From NCBI GenBank assembly GCA_021801225.1, contig JAJYYF010000012.1, positions 125,027-189,026 of the forward strand: 64,000 nt of DNA, given 5' to 3'. Below, in pieces: positions 17,211 through 26,034 of this stretch. The translations under genes were made by a program, and so were the position numbers. Source of the stretch: Candidatus Micrarchaeota archaeon. Its GTDB lineage: Archaea; Micrarchaeota; Micrarchaeia; Micrarchaeales; CABMGC01. The notes under the pieces are model-generated. The model was given only the letters and a program-made list of their open reading frames with translations. It had not been told where the DNA came from and ran no database searches. The first letter of the stretch is position 1, and each line of letters begins with the position of its first letter.

Positions 17211-18368
17211 ATGGAAAAGCTTAGCCTAGCTTTTTATACCGATACCTATGTTCCTGCAATAGATGGCGTAGTTAGCTCTATACTAAACTTTAGAAAAGAA
17301 CTAGAATCAAGAGGCCATTCTGTTTACATATTTACTAGCTCAAAGGTTTTATCAAATCCTATAAAAATGAAAAACGTATTCTTTTATCCTGGGATAGGCT
17401 TTAAGCCATACCCTCAATATAATGTGGCACTATTCCCTTATAACTCGATATTAAAGCTATCTAGCCTAAATGTTGACATAATACATGCACACACTCCTTT
17501 CTTTATGGGTTTAGCCGGGATGATGAGTTCTAAAGTAGGGAAGTATCCACTTGTTGGTTCATTTCATACAATGGTAAACAATAAAGCGGTAATAAAAGAT
17601 TATTATCCTAAAAATCCTCAATTACGCAAATTGACAACAAAGTACCTATGGAGATATGTTATATTCTTCTATAAGAAGTGCAATGCAACAACAACTCCAT
17701 CTAATACAATATCCAAAATGTTGATAAATCATGGTTTGACAAATGTACACACAATTCCTAATACTGTTGATCCTGAGCTATTTAATAGAAAAATAGATGG
17801 AACAAGGTTAAGACAATCACTAAACATTAAAGATGATGACAAAATAATCTTGTATGTCGGCAGATTAAGCAAAGAGAAAAAAATAGAGGTTCTTTTAAAA
17901 AGTGCGAAGTATCTTAAAAAGAATAATAATCTAAAATTTTTAATAGCAGGTTCCGGACCTGCTGAGTTGTACTATAAAACAATGGCTAAAAGATTAAGAT
18001 TAGAAAATGTCCAGTTTCTTGGGTCTATAAAAAGAGAAAATCTTCCAGAGGTCTATGCATCTTCTGATGTTTTTTGTATTCCATCAACATTTGAAACACA
18101 AGGAATAGTTGCTTTAGAGGCAATGGCAATGGGTAAACCTGTTGTGTGTGCAGATTATCTTGCTTTGAAAGAACTTGTATCTAACGGCAAAAACGGAGAA
18201 AAGTTTAAACCTGGGGATTACATAGAATGTTCTAAAAAAATAGAAAAAGCTTTAAATAATACTGGTGCATATACTAATGGAGCTGTTAAAACTGCAATGG
18301 ATTTTTATCCAAAACATGTTACTGACAAACTACTTGATGTTTATTACTCTGTATTAAATTCAAGATAA
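17211..18368 (+). CDS. GT4-family glycosyltransferase
   Basis: C-terminal ETQGIVALEAMAMGKPVV (E-x7-E type motif) and an N-terminal GT4 domain (YTDTYVPAIDGV). Confidence 0.85.
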   Translation: MEKLSLAFYTDTYVPAIDGVVSSILNFRKELESRGHSVYIFTSSKVLSNPIKMKNVFFYPGIGFKPYPQYNVALFPYNSILKLSSLNVDIIHAHTPFFMGLAGMMSSKVGKYPLVGSFHTMVNNKAVIKDYYPKNPQLRKLTTKYLWRYVIFFYKKCNATTTPSNTISKMLINHGLTNVHTIPNTVDPELFNRKIDGTRLRQSLNIKDDDKIILYVGRLSKEKKIEVLLKSAKYLKKNNNLKFLIAGSGPAELYYKTMAKRLRLENVQFLGSIKRENLPEVYASSDVFCIPSTFETQGIVALEAMAMGKPVVCADYLALKELVSNGKNGEKFKPGDYIECSKKIEKALNNTGAYTNGAVKTAMDFYPKHVTDKLLDVYYSVLNSR

Positions 18369-18446
18369 ATATTAGATAAGTATTTAAATTATATCATATA
18401 AATTATATTTGACATCATTGAAAATTTATACTAATTAAGAAAAGAT

Positions 18447-18454
18447 AAGGCGAT
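18447..18454 (+). promoter_or_regulatory. third copy of the AAGGCGAT octamer
   Basis: It is followed by TAA and then an in-frame CTG at 18458, 10 codons upstream of the annotated ATG at 18488. Confidence 0.25.
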
Positions 18455-18487
18455 TAACTGGACGAAAAGTTAAGCAATGCAACAATA

Positions 18488-19294
18488 ATGGAAATAAAAA
18501 CGGAAACAGGAAAAGTTCCTGAAACTGATTCTCAAAAAGAGAAAACAGAAAGCACTGGAAAGAGTGGTTCTGAAATTGTAACTACTGAAAAGGGTAGTGC
18601 TACAAATGCTAAATCTGGACAAGATCAGCATACATCAAAACATAACGATTATCAAAGGAATAAAACTCAAAAACAAAGAGTGCCTTTTGATTACTCTGTG
18701 AAGTTACCAGAAGGTGCATCAGAAAAACAAAAAGAATTAGCAAAAGCAATAGAAGAGGAAAGAAAGAAAAAAGCACAGATAATCTTTGATATTAAACGCT
18801 TTAAACGAAGGTTGGCTTATAAATTAGCGGAACAGGAAGCGACTAAAAAATTATCAGAAACGGCTAAAAGCAACACTAAAAATATAGGCTATCTAAGAAG
18901 AAAAAAAGAAAGGCTAGAGTTCAAAATATCTACTGAAGCATATACATTAGATGCAGAAAGGGATCTCATACGAAAGAAGAACGAAATTGATGCAGAACTT
19001 GAGGAAGCAATAAAAAGTTATAGATCTAGAAGAAAAACAGAGTTTATAATATCTGATATTGCAGAACTAAACAAAAATATTGAGGAATCAAACAAGAAAC
19101 TTATCGATATAGAGAAGAAGCTTGACGAACTTTATGGGGAGTTAAGAAAACTTTCAGGTCAACAAAGAAAGCCAAATATCTTCCATAAAAAAGAAAAATT
19201 ACCAGAACAAAAACCTATGGAGATAAGTCTTGCAGATATAGCAATAATAAAAGGCAAAAACGAAAAAGAAAGTAATGATTACGACGGTGCATGA
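18488..19294 (+). CDS. archaeal coiled-coil protein (COG1340-like)
   Basis: K/E-rich heptad-like sequence with an LEFKISTEAYTLDAERDLIRK block. There are no enzymatic motifs. Confidence 0.4.
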   Translation: MEIKTETGKVPETDSQKEKTESTGKSGSEIVTTEKGSATNAKSGQDQHTSKHNDYQRNKTQKQRVPFDYSVKLPEGASEKQKELAKAIEEERKKKAQIIFDIKRFKRRLAYKLAEQEATKKLSETAKSNTKNIGYLRRKKERLEFKISTEAYTLDAERDLIRKKNEIDAELEEAIKSYRSRRKTEFIISDIAELNKNIEESNKKLIDIEKKLDELYGELRKLSGQQRKPNIFHKKEKLPEQKPMEISLADIAIIKGKNEKESNDYDGA

Positions 19295-20605
19295 TTGAAA
19301 GTTAAATTTTATGGTGCAGCATCCGAGGTGGGAAGGAGCTGTATACTAATTGAGACTAAAGACGCAAAGGTACTCCTTGATTGCGGAGTAAAAGTCTCTG
19401 AACCACCAGAGTTTCCATTAATTCCGGATGAAAAACTTCGTGAGTTAGATGCAATAATAATATCTCATGCTCATCTTGATCATTGTGGTTATCTTGCTCA
19501 TGCATTAAGCATTGGGTTTTCTGGATATATATACGCAACTAAACCTACATTTGAATTAATTACTATTTTAGTAAATGATTATGTTAAAATATCAAATCCA
19601 GACAATGTTACAAAAGAAGGTCTTTCAAAACTATCTAAAGCCTTTAAATTAAAGGAGTACCGTGAAGTTTTTACTATAAAGGATATAAATGTAAAGTTCT
19701 TAGAAGCAGGTCATGTATTAGGAAGCGCAATGATTGAATTAGACGTAAGAAATGAAAACCTACTATATACAGGAGATGTAAACTTCAGAACGACAAAACT
19801 TTTAGATCCAGGTTACTCAAAAGATCTAAAAGAACGTACTTTAATTATTGAGAGTACATATGGTGGGGATGAAGATATGTTTCCCTCTGAAAAAATAACT
19901 CTTACATCTATGGCATCGAGCATAGCCGAAACCTTAAAATCAAATTCAAAAGTAATAATTCCTAGTTTCGGAATAGGCAGAGCACAAGAAGTTGTTCTTA
20001 CTCTTGACGATTATATTCGTTCAGGGGTAATTCCATCAGTGCCAATTTACATGGACGGGATGGTCAACAAAGCAATGAAAATTCACAGGCATAATGTTAT
20101 TTATTGCAGGGATGAACTTCAAAAAAGAATTTTAATGAATGATGATGATCCTTTTAAAAGTAAGAACTTTGTTCATGTATTGACAATAAAAGAAAGAAAA
20201 AAGGTAATTAAAAGTACAGAACCTTGTATAATAGTAACTACAAGCGGAATGCTTTCTGGAGGCCCCATACTTAAGTATTTAGAAAATCTTGGTCATATCT
20301 CAACAAATAAACTGATTTTTGTAGGTTATCAAGGAGAAGGAACTCGTGGAAGACAACTTCTAGAAGGAAATAGAATAATTACGATAGGAAAGAAAAAAGT
20401 AAATATAAAAATGATAATAGAGCGTTATAACCTCTCTGCACATGCAGACAGACAACAATTACTGCATTTCATAAGTAAAATAAATTCATTAAAAAATATT
20501 TTTATTGTTCATGGAGAAAAAGTAAAATCTGAGCAACTTAAAGAAAGCATTGGTAAAAAATACAATGTTGTAGTTCCTTCACTGCTTGATGAGTTTAATG
20601 TGTAA
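19295..20605 (+). CDS. beta-CASP metallo-beta-lactamase-fold RNase (aCPSF2-like)
   Basis: HAHLDHCG motif, ESTYG, and the C-terminal SAHAD and VHGE motifs. The TTG start directly follows the upstream TGA. Confidence 0.85.
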   Translation: MKVKFYGAASEVGRSCILIETKDAKVLLDCGVKVSEPPEFPLIPDEKLRELDAIIISHAHLDHCGYLAHALSIGFSGYIYATKPTFELITILVNDYVKISNPDNVTKEGLSKLSKAFKLKEYREVFTIKDINVKFLEAGHVLGSAMIELDVRNENLLYTGDVNFRTTKLLDPGYSKDLKERTLIIESTYGGDEDMFPSEKITLTSMASSIAETLKSNSKVIIPSFGIGRAQEVVLTLDDYIRSGVIPSVPIYMDGMVNKAMKIHRHNVIYCRDELQKRILMNDDDPFKSKNFVHVLTIKERKKVIKSTEPCIIVTTSGMLSGGPILKYLENLGHISTNKLIFVGYQGEGTRGRQLLEGNRIITIGKKKVNIKMIIERYNLSAHADRQQLLHFISKINSLKNIFIVHGEKVKSEQLKESIGKKYNVVVPSLLDEFNV

Positions 20606-20903
20606 CTGTTTTTTCAATTAAAAATCTATTATAATTTTTCATACACTCTTTAGGAAGTTGTTTTTCATCATGAAGTTTTTCAATACTCTTTACCTCAATT
20701 CTTCCTAAAGATATATTTATTTGTTTTTCAAAATCTTTCAAATTATACTCGTCACCAATAGCTAATATCTCTACACTTCCGTCGTTTACATTCCTAACAA
20801 AACCATTTATACCAATCTTCTTTGCGATTCCAGAAACGAAGGCTCTATAACCTACTCCTTGTACAAAACCATGAACTATATAAAAACAACGCATATTACT
20901 CAT
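20595..20903 (-). CDS. acyP: acylphosphatase
   Basis: VHGFVQGVGYRAFV...INGFVRNVNDGSVEI is the acylphosphatase signature. It overlaps the upstream adhesin gene by 4 nt. Confidence 0.85.
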   Translation of the reverse strand: MSNMRCFYIVHGFVQGVGYRAFVSGIAKKIGINGFVRNVNDGSVEILAIGDEYNLKDFEKQINISLGRIEVKSIEKLHDEKQLPKECMKNYNRFLIEKTVTH

Positions 20904-23368
20904 CCCTTAATACCTCCAAAAGATACGCTTGGCATTACTCCGTTTGGTGGAAGATTACGTATTCTAATATATTGAACATAAATTGGATTTGTTATACCCT
21001 GAACTGTCATAACGATATATGCAGGATAAGTAATCCCATTGCTTGATAATGCAGTATACTGGTAAGGACCATAGTTATGTGAAAATCCATCAACAGTTGT
21101 AGATAATATAGCTAAGCTATAAATTCCGTTTGCAGATGTACTGCTTATTGAAGGAGATGGATTATGATAACCAGCAAGACACCCATCTTGTTCACCATAT
21201 ACAGTGCTTGAACCACCTGTAATCCAATCACCTTGTTCATTACAAGCTCCATAGCCAAATCCTATATATCCTGCCCCAGAACTCTGCCAATCAGAGCCAT
21301 AGATATCAAGAACATTCCCTACACTAAATCTTTCTGATGAAAATGCTATACCTGTATCATATCCTGAGGGGGTTTCTATTGTTAATCCATTTGAAATTAC
21401 ATTAACAGGATATCCATCATAAGCATCCCAACCTGTTGGTAATGATGTTCCAGCAAAGTTATTATAAAAATTGAATACACTTGCACCATTATCATACTGC
21501 GCATAAGAGGTCTGGAAACAACCTGATGTACAGTACAGCTGCGGTGCATATCCCATATAGCCTGTGGTCACAGGTGAGTTGTTTGGTAAAAAGTTAAGAT
21601 AAATAGTTGCCGTATTTTGCCCAGAAGTTTCTGTTTTAACTCCGCTTAATTGAAATGTTGGCATTACTCCGTTTGGCGGTAATTCTCTTACATCCATAAA
21701 CTGAACAGTTATTTTATCTCCATCATATGCTTGTATTGCTGGGACTGAACTTGTGGAAGGAGAAAAGTCAGTCGTATATCCTTCAATATTTCCATAATTA
21801 AGAAGGAAATATGCTTCTGAAGAAGTTGAATAAACAGATAATATTGAATTTGATAAAAATGGTTCAAAAGTTGAATAAGTAAATCCTCCAGAATTTGAAT
21901 ATAGTTGTGACCGAAAATCACTTCCACTACAATATCCTACAGTCCAGCTCGTTAAAACAGTCCCTGATACTCCCCATCCTGCACCACCTCCTGTTTGAGA
22001 ACAAGATACTGCAGGAATATAAGTGTCTATAATGTAATTACCGGGATTATATGAAGTTCCGCCCTGAGCCCAAGACCAACCACCAGCACCAATATTCATA
22101 GTTATGCCATTGTTAACGATTATATTTGATGTATCTCCTGATTCTGCCCAACCTGTAGGTAGTGATATTCCCTTGAAGTTCCAATACCCTGCAAACACAT
22201 TCGCACCGTTATCATACTCTCCGTAAGTTTGACTTAACTGTGGTGCTTCTCCTGCATATACTCCGTCATACTCAGTTGATGTTGGTTCAAATATCATGTT
22301 TACCGTTGCGTAAGAGTTTGGACCTATACTAAGAGAACCTGTATTAATCCAAAAGACAGCATTTGATGAGGTACTCGTACAACCAGACTCACACCACGAA
22401 TACAACTCGTTATTGCCATTGTAGAAACGTATATTTCCAAGATCTGATGCTTCATAAGACGAGTAACTTGAAGGATTAAAGTAAATCATTTGTTGAAAAT
22501 CTGTTCCTGTAGCGGTGTTTTGTGAGTTTATTACATTTACCGTGATGTAATTTTGTGTTGAACCAAGTATTACACTTCCTAAATTTACCCATATCGCTGT
22601 GTTAGGTGCAGTTGCAGAAGCACCGCTTTCTATCCATGAATAAAGAGGAACACTTCCAGAACTTCCTATAGGTGCTCCAGATGTGAACTCTATGTTGCTG
22701 AGATTTGTCATCTCATCTGATGAATAAGTAGACGGATTGAAGTTTATCATTTGTTGGAATCCTGATGTTGTTCCAGAGCTTTGCTGATTTGTAAGAGTTA
22801 TAGGTATATAACTTTGGCCTTGGAATATCATTCCTACAGGAGTAGAGACCTTTGGCTTAATTACAAAACTACCTACTGCAGAGCCTGGAAAACCAGTTAC
22901 ATCATTGACATAATTTATATATATAAATCCTGAAAAAGCACTACCTATATTTATTGAAGGCTTCCCAGTACTAGTATAACATTGTACTGTAAACGTGTAT
23001 CCATCACCATATGGAATGTAAGGCTGTTCTGAAGGCGTAGTATAATGTACCAAGTACTGATTATTTGTATCAGAAGAGCACCCAATACTCGTTATATTTA
23101 TGTAATTTGAGCCTGTCTGTGTTACTGTCAATACAAGTACACCTGTAGTATTCATATAGTAATTAAGGCAAGAAAAACCTTGATTGATTTGACAAATTTG
23201 TCCTGTTGCTCCAGAGGAGTTGAAAACTCCTAAAATAAAAAGTGCAATAAGTGCAATAGCTAGAATTAATATTGCCCAACCATAAGTAATGAGATACTCC
23301 ATTGCACTTTGAAGTTTAATATTTTTATTTAATTTTAAAATTGGTTTTAACATTATTGTACCATTCAA
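20900..23368 (-). CDS. large pilin-like surface protein (class III signal peptide, 2x DUF2341-like and 2x ConA/LamG-like modules)
   Basis: N-terminus KLQSAMEYLITYGWAILILAIALIALFIL. Duplicated blocks: FQQMINFNPSTYSS...LYSWIESG...AIWVNLGS versus FQQMIYFNPSSYSS...LYSWCESG...VFWINTGS. Also duplicated: Y(A/M)G.APQL...YDNGA.VF...LPTGW and R.LPPNGVMP. Confidence 0.75.
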   Translation of the reverse strand: MNGTIMLKPILKLNKNIKLQSAMEYLITYGWAILILAIALIALFILGVFNSSGATGQICQINQGFSCLNYYMNTTGVLVLTVTQTGSNYINITSIGCSSDTNNQYLVHYTTPSEQPYIPYGDGYTFTVQCYTSTGKPSINIGSAFSGFIYINYVNDVTGFPGSAVGSFVIKPKVSTPVGMIFQGQSYIPITLTNQQSSGTTSGFQQMINFNPSTYSSDEMTNLSNIEFTSGAPIGSSGSVPLYSWIESGASATAPNTAIWVNLGSVILGSTQNYITVNVINSQNTATGTDFQQMIYFNPSSYSSYEASDLGNIRFYNGNNELYSWCESGCTSTSSNAVFWINTGSLSIGPNSYATVNMIFEPTSTEYDGVYAGEAPQLSQTYGEYDNGANVFAGYWNFKGISLPTGWAESGDTSNIIVNNGITMNIGAGGWSWAQGGTSYNPGNYIIDTYIPAVSCSQTGGGAGWGVSGTVLTSWTVGYCSGSDFRSQLYSNSGGFTYSTFEPFLSNSILSVYSTSSEAYFLLNYGNIEGYTTDFSPSTSSVPAIQAYDGDKITVQFMDVRELPPNGVMPTFQLSGVKTETSGQNTATIYLNFLPNNSPVTTGYMGYAPQLYCTSGCFQTSYAQYDNGASVFNFYNNFAGTSLPTGWDAYDGYPVNVISNGLTIETPSGYDTGIAFSSERFSVGNVLDIYGSDWQSSGAGYIGFGYGACNEQGDWITGGSSTVYGEQDGCLAGYHNPSPSISSTSANGIYSLAILSTTVDGFSHNYGPYQYTALSSNGITYPAYIVMTVQGITNPIYVQYIRIRNLPPNGVMPSVSFGGIKG

Positions 23369-23425
23369 AGTTTATTACTATAACGACCCAAATATTTTAA
23401 TATTTATGCAATTATGTGTTATCCA

Positions 23426-24664
23426 TTATTTTTTAGGCATTAACAAAACTTCAGTGTATTTATTACAATCTATATTTTTTTCAGCTACTTTCCTTGCATT
23501 GTCAATGTTTATCTTTTCAATTATTTTTGGTATTTCTTCAAATAAATCTGGCTCATCTTCTATAACTCCTGAAGAAGTTATATTAGCTGCCATATCTAAA
23601 GAACGTTCTCTATATATCCTGTTTTTTATTATTGTGGACTTTTTCATTTTTTCTAACTCTTTTTTTTCAAACTCTCCATATTGCATTTTTTCAAATTCCT
23701 TTGTTATTATCTTTCTTACCTGTTCTACATTTTTAGTTTCAGTTCCAGCCTCTGCAGATATCATCCCTATGGTATTTCCTGCCTGGTATACTGAATACGG
23801 ATCATAAGACAATCCTTGTTTTTCCCTAATTTCTTCGTAAAGTCTATACTTCATAAGTTCGTTTATTATTATCATTGTTGCATACTCCTCTATATTCTTC
23901 TTATTAAATGGGTCTAATGAAAAACCGATAGCTATCCTTGCTTGTTTGATACCTGCTTTTTTAACTACCTCGTTTCTTAACTTATTTTTTCCTTTAAAAA
24001 TAATTCTTTGAGGTGTATTAAAATCTGATTTATACCTTTCAAAATATTTTTTTGTTAGTCTTTCTGCAGTTTCTATTTTTACTCCACCTGCAATACATAA
24101 AAACATATTTTTAGGACAATAATACCTTTTATAAATTTCAAAAAGATGATCTCTAGTTATTTTTTTAATTGTCAGTTCATTATTTCCTCCTACTGGCATC
24201 TCTGCAGGATGGCCTTTAAATAATACTTTTGGCATGTAGTCATAAAATAGGTTTTCAGGATTATCTTCATGTATTAAATTTTCATTTATTATTGGTCCTC
24301 TTTCAAGTTCAAACTCCTTTTTTGGAATTATACTATTCATACTCATATCCGAAAGTATAGAGATACCTTTTTCAAAATAGTTTTTTTGTATTTGGAATAA
24401 ATAATTAGTTATTTCTCTGTCTGTATATGCATTATCATAACCTCCAATATCCTTGACCTGTTCATTAATGTCCTTCCATGTTCTTTTCTTTGTACCTTTA
24501 AAAATCATGTGTTCTAAAAAATGAGCTGCACCATTAACATCTGGTCTTTCATCTACAGAACCATATCTGATTCCTAATGAAACTCCAACAGTTTCAAGTT
24601 CTGGAAATGAATAAATAAAAACACGTAGTCCGTTTTCTAAAACAAAAGATTTTTTTGTTACCAT
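23426..24664 (-). CDS. M16-family (pitrilysin/insulinase-like) zinc peptidase
   Basis: Inverted zinc motif HFLEHMIFKGT; 412 aa, a typical two-lobed length. Confidence 0.85.
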   Translation of the reverse strand: MVTKKSFVLENGLRVFIYSFPELETVGVSLGIRYGSVDERPDVNGAAHFLEHMIFKGTKKRTWKDINEQVKDIGGYDNAYTDREITNYLFQIQKNYFEKGISILSDMSMNSIIPKKEFELERGPIINENLIHEDNPENLFYDYMPKVLFKGHPAEMPVGGNNELTIKKITRDHLFEIYKRYYCPKNMFLCIAGGVKIETAERLTKKYFERYKSDFNTPQRIIFKGKNKLRNEVVKKAGIKQARIAIGFSLDPFNKKNIEEYATMIIINELMKYRLYEEIREKQGLSYDPYSVYQAGNTIGMISAEAGTETKNVEQVRKIITKEFEKMQYGEFEKKELEKMKKSTIIKNRIYRERSLDMAANITSSGVIEDEPDLFEEIPKIIEKINIDNARKVAEKNIDCNKYTEVLLMPKK

Positions 24665-24908
24665 ATAATCAACAATATTCTGTATAAACTATTATTTTAT
24701 TATGTTTATACCTTTTGTATGTTTCTTATAAATGCATAACAATTATATAAAATGTAAGTCTATCTCATTAAATATTCATTATAAGCTAAAAATTTAAAAA
24801 GTACAAAACTGTTTTTATTGATTAATATAATATTAAAATAATTAAAATATTAAAATAATTAAAAGTAGCAAAAGCACTTAACTAAATACTATAAAATAAA
24901 GTATAAAA

Positions 24909-25017
24909 TGGGCCCGGAGAGATTTGAACTCTCGACCTCCCGATTTCTGTGCTTTTGATTAAACTTTTTTAAAGTTCATATCAGTCGGGTGCTCCAACCA
25001 AACTAAGCTACAAGCCC
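24909..25017 (-). tRNA. tRNA-Ile: tRNA-Ile(GAU) with about 34-nt intron
   Basis: Acceptor GGGCTTG/CGGGCCC (two G-U pairs); D arm GCTT-AGTTTGGTTG-GAGC; anticodon stem CCCGA/TCGGG; loop CTGATA..A with anticodon GAT; T arm GAGAG-TTCAAAT-CTCTC; discriminator A. Confidence 0.85.
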
Positions 25018-25065
25018 TTGGTATTATATATACTTAAACATCTTTAATAGTTTGTTCATTATTTT

Positions 25066-26034
25066 TTATACTATTTTATCTAACTCTAATTTCTTCTTAA
25101 ATACCTCAAAATCACTGTCCATAATACTACTTATTCTTTTAAATCTTAAAGCTGCTGCCGGATGATAAGTAATCATATAAATTATATTATCTTTTTCTAT
25201 AACGCTTCCATGTTTTTCAGAAACCTTTTCTATATTTAATAAAACTTTATTTGCTAAACTGCCTAATAATACTATATACTTTGGTTTTATTACCTCTATT
25301 TGTTGCAATAAGAATGGTTTACATATTTCAACTTCTTCATCATTCGGTATTCTGTTCTTCGGTGGAAAAAATTGTACGCAACTAGTTATATAGATCTGCT
25401 CTCTTTCAACTCCAAGTATTTTTATTTTTTTATTTAATAACTCGCCGCTTCTTCCTATAAATGGTAAAAGCTTTTCATCCTCAAATCTTCCTGGTGCTTG
25501 CCCTATTATCATAATCTTTGCATTAACTGGTCCATGTCCCTTAACATGCCTTTTACTTAAATCCCACTCTTTGTATTTTTTTGGTAGTTTTTCATATTCT
25601 TTATTAATCTTATCTATTTGTTCATACCTCTCTACAAAATCTACAATATCTTTCAAAATAGGTACCATATTCCTGTATTTAATTTTTTTAATAAATTCCT
25701 CCTTATTTGCCCAAATATAACCTATATGCTCATTAGATATCCTTACATTTTGATCTTGTATCTTACCTATGAAATACCTGACGGTTTTTTTAATATTTTT
25801 CCCTTTTTCAGTAAATATATAACTAACTTCTTTTGAAAAAAATTTTAATATTTCTGGTTTCAATCCTGATTCTTCAAAAATTTCTCTTCTAGCGGCTGTT
25901 ATATCATCTTCTCCTTCTTCTAAATGCCCTTTTGGTAAATCATATCTTCCATCAGACTTTTTTAATAAAAGGTATTCTACTGATTGATTTTTAATCTGAT
26001 AAATTATAGCTCCAGAACTTCTTTCATTAATCAT
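25066..26034 (-). CDS. fusion protein: N-terminal NUDIX hydrolase, C-terminal family-4-like uracil-DNA glycosylase
   Basis: Nudix box GHLEEGEDDITAARREIFEESG. The UDG motifs are GQAPGRFEDEKLLPFIGRSGELL and HPAAALR. Confidence 0.8.
   Translation of the reverse strand: MINERSSGAIIYQIKNQSVEYLLLKKSDGRYDLPKGHLEEGEDDITAARREIFEESGLKPEILKFFSKEVSYIFTEKGKNIKKTVRYFIGKIQDQNVRISNEHIGYIWANKEEFIKKIKYRNMVPILKDIVDFVERYEQIDKINKEYEKLPKKYKEWDLSKRHVKGHGPVNAKIMIIGQAPGRFEDEKLLPFIGRSGELLNKKIKILGVEREQIYITSCVQFFPPKNRIPNDEEVEICKPFLLQQIEVIKPKYIVLLGSLANKVLLNIEKVSEKHGSVIEKDNIIYMITYHPAAALRFKRISSIMDSDFEVFKKKLELDKIV

Noticed and set aside
18458-18487. Re-annotating the coiled-coil gene to start at CTG 18458
   Set aside because: CTG initiation is rare. 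The only support is the spacing analogy with the AAGGCGAT octamer, so it is kept as a hypothesis in the findings rather than a feature boundary.
23406-23807. 133-aa plus-strand ORF
   Set aside because: It is antisense to the M16 peptidase gene; the hydrophobic low-complexity translation is typical of AT-rich antisense frames.
24831-24864. 17-bp tandem tattaaaataattaaaa x2 upstream of tRNA-Ile
   Set aside because: It is pure A/T low complexity in a promoter-like spacer. No further copies were noticed.
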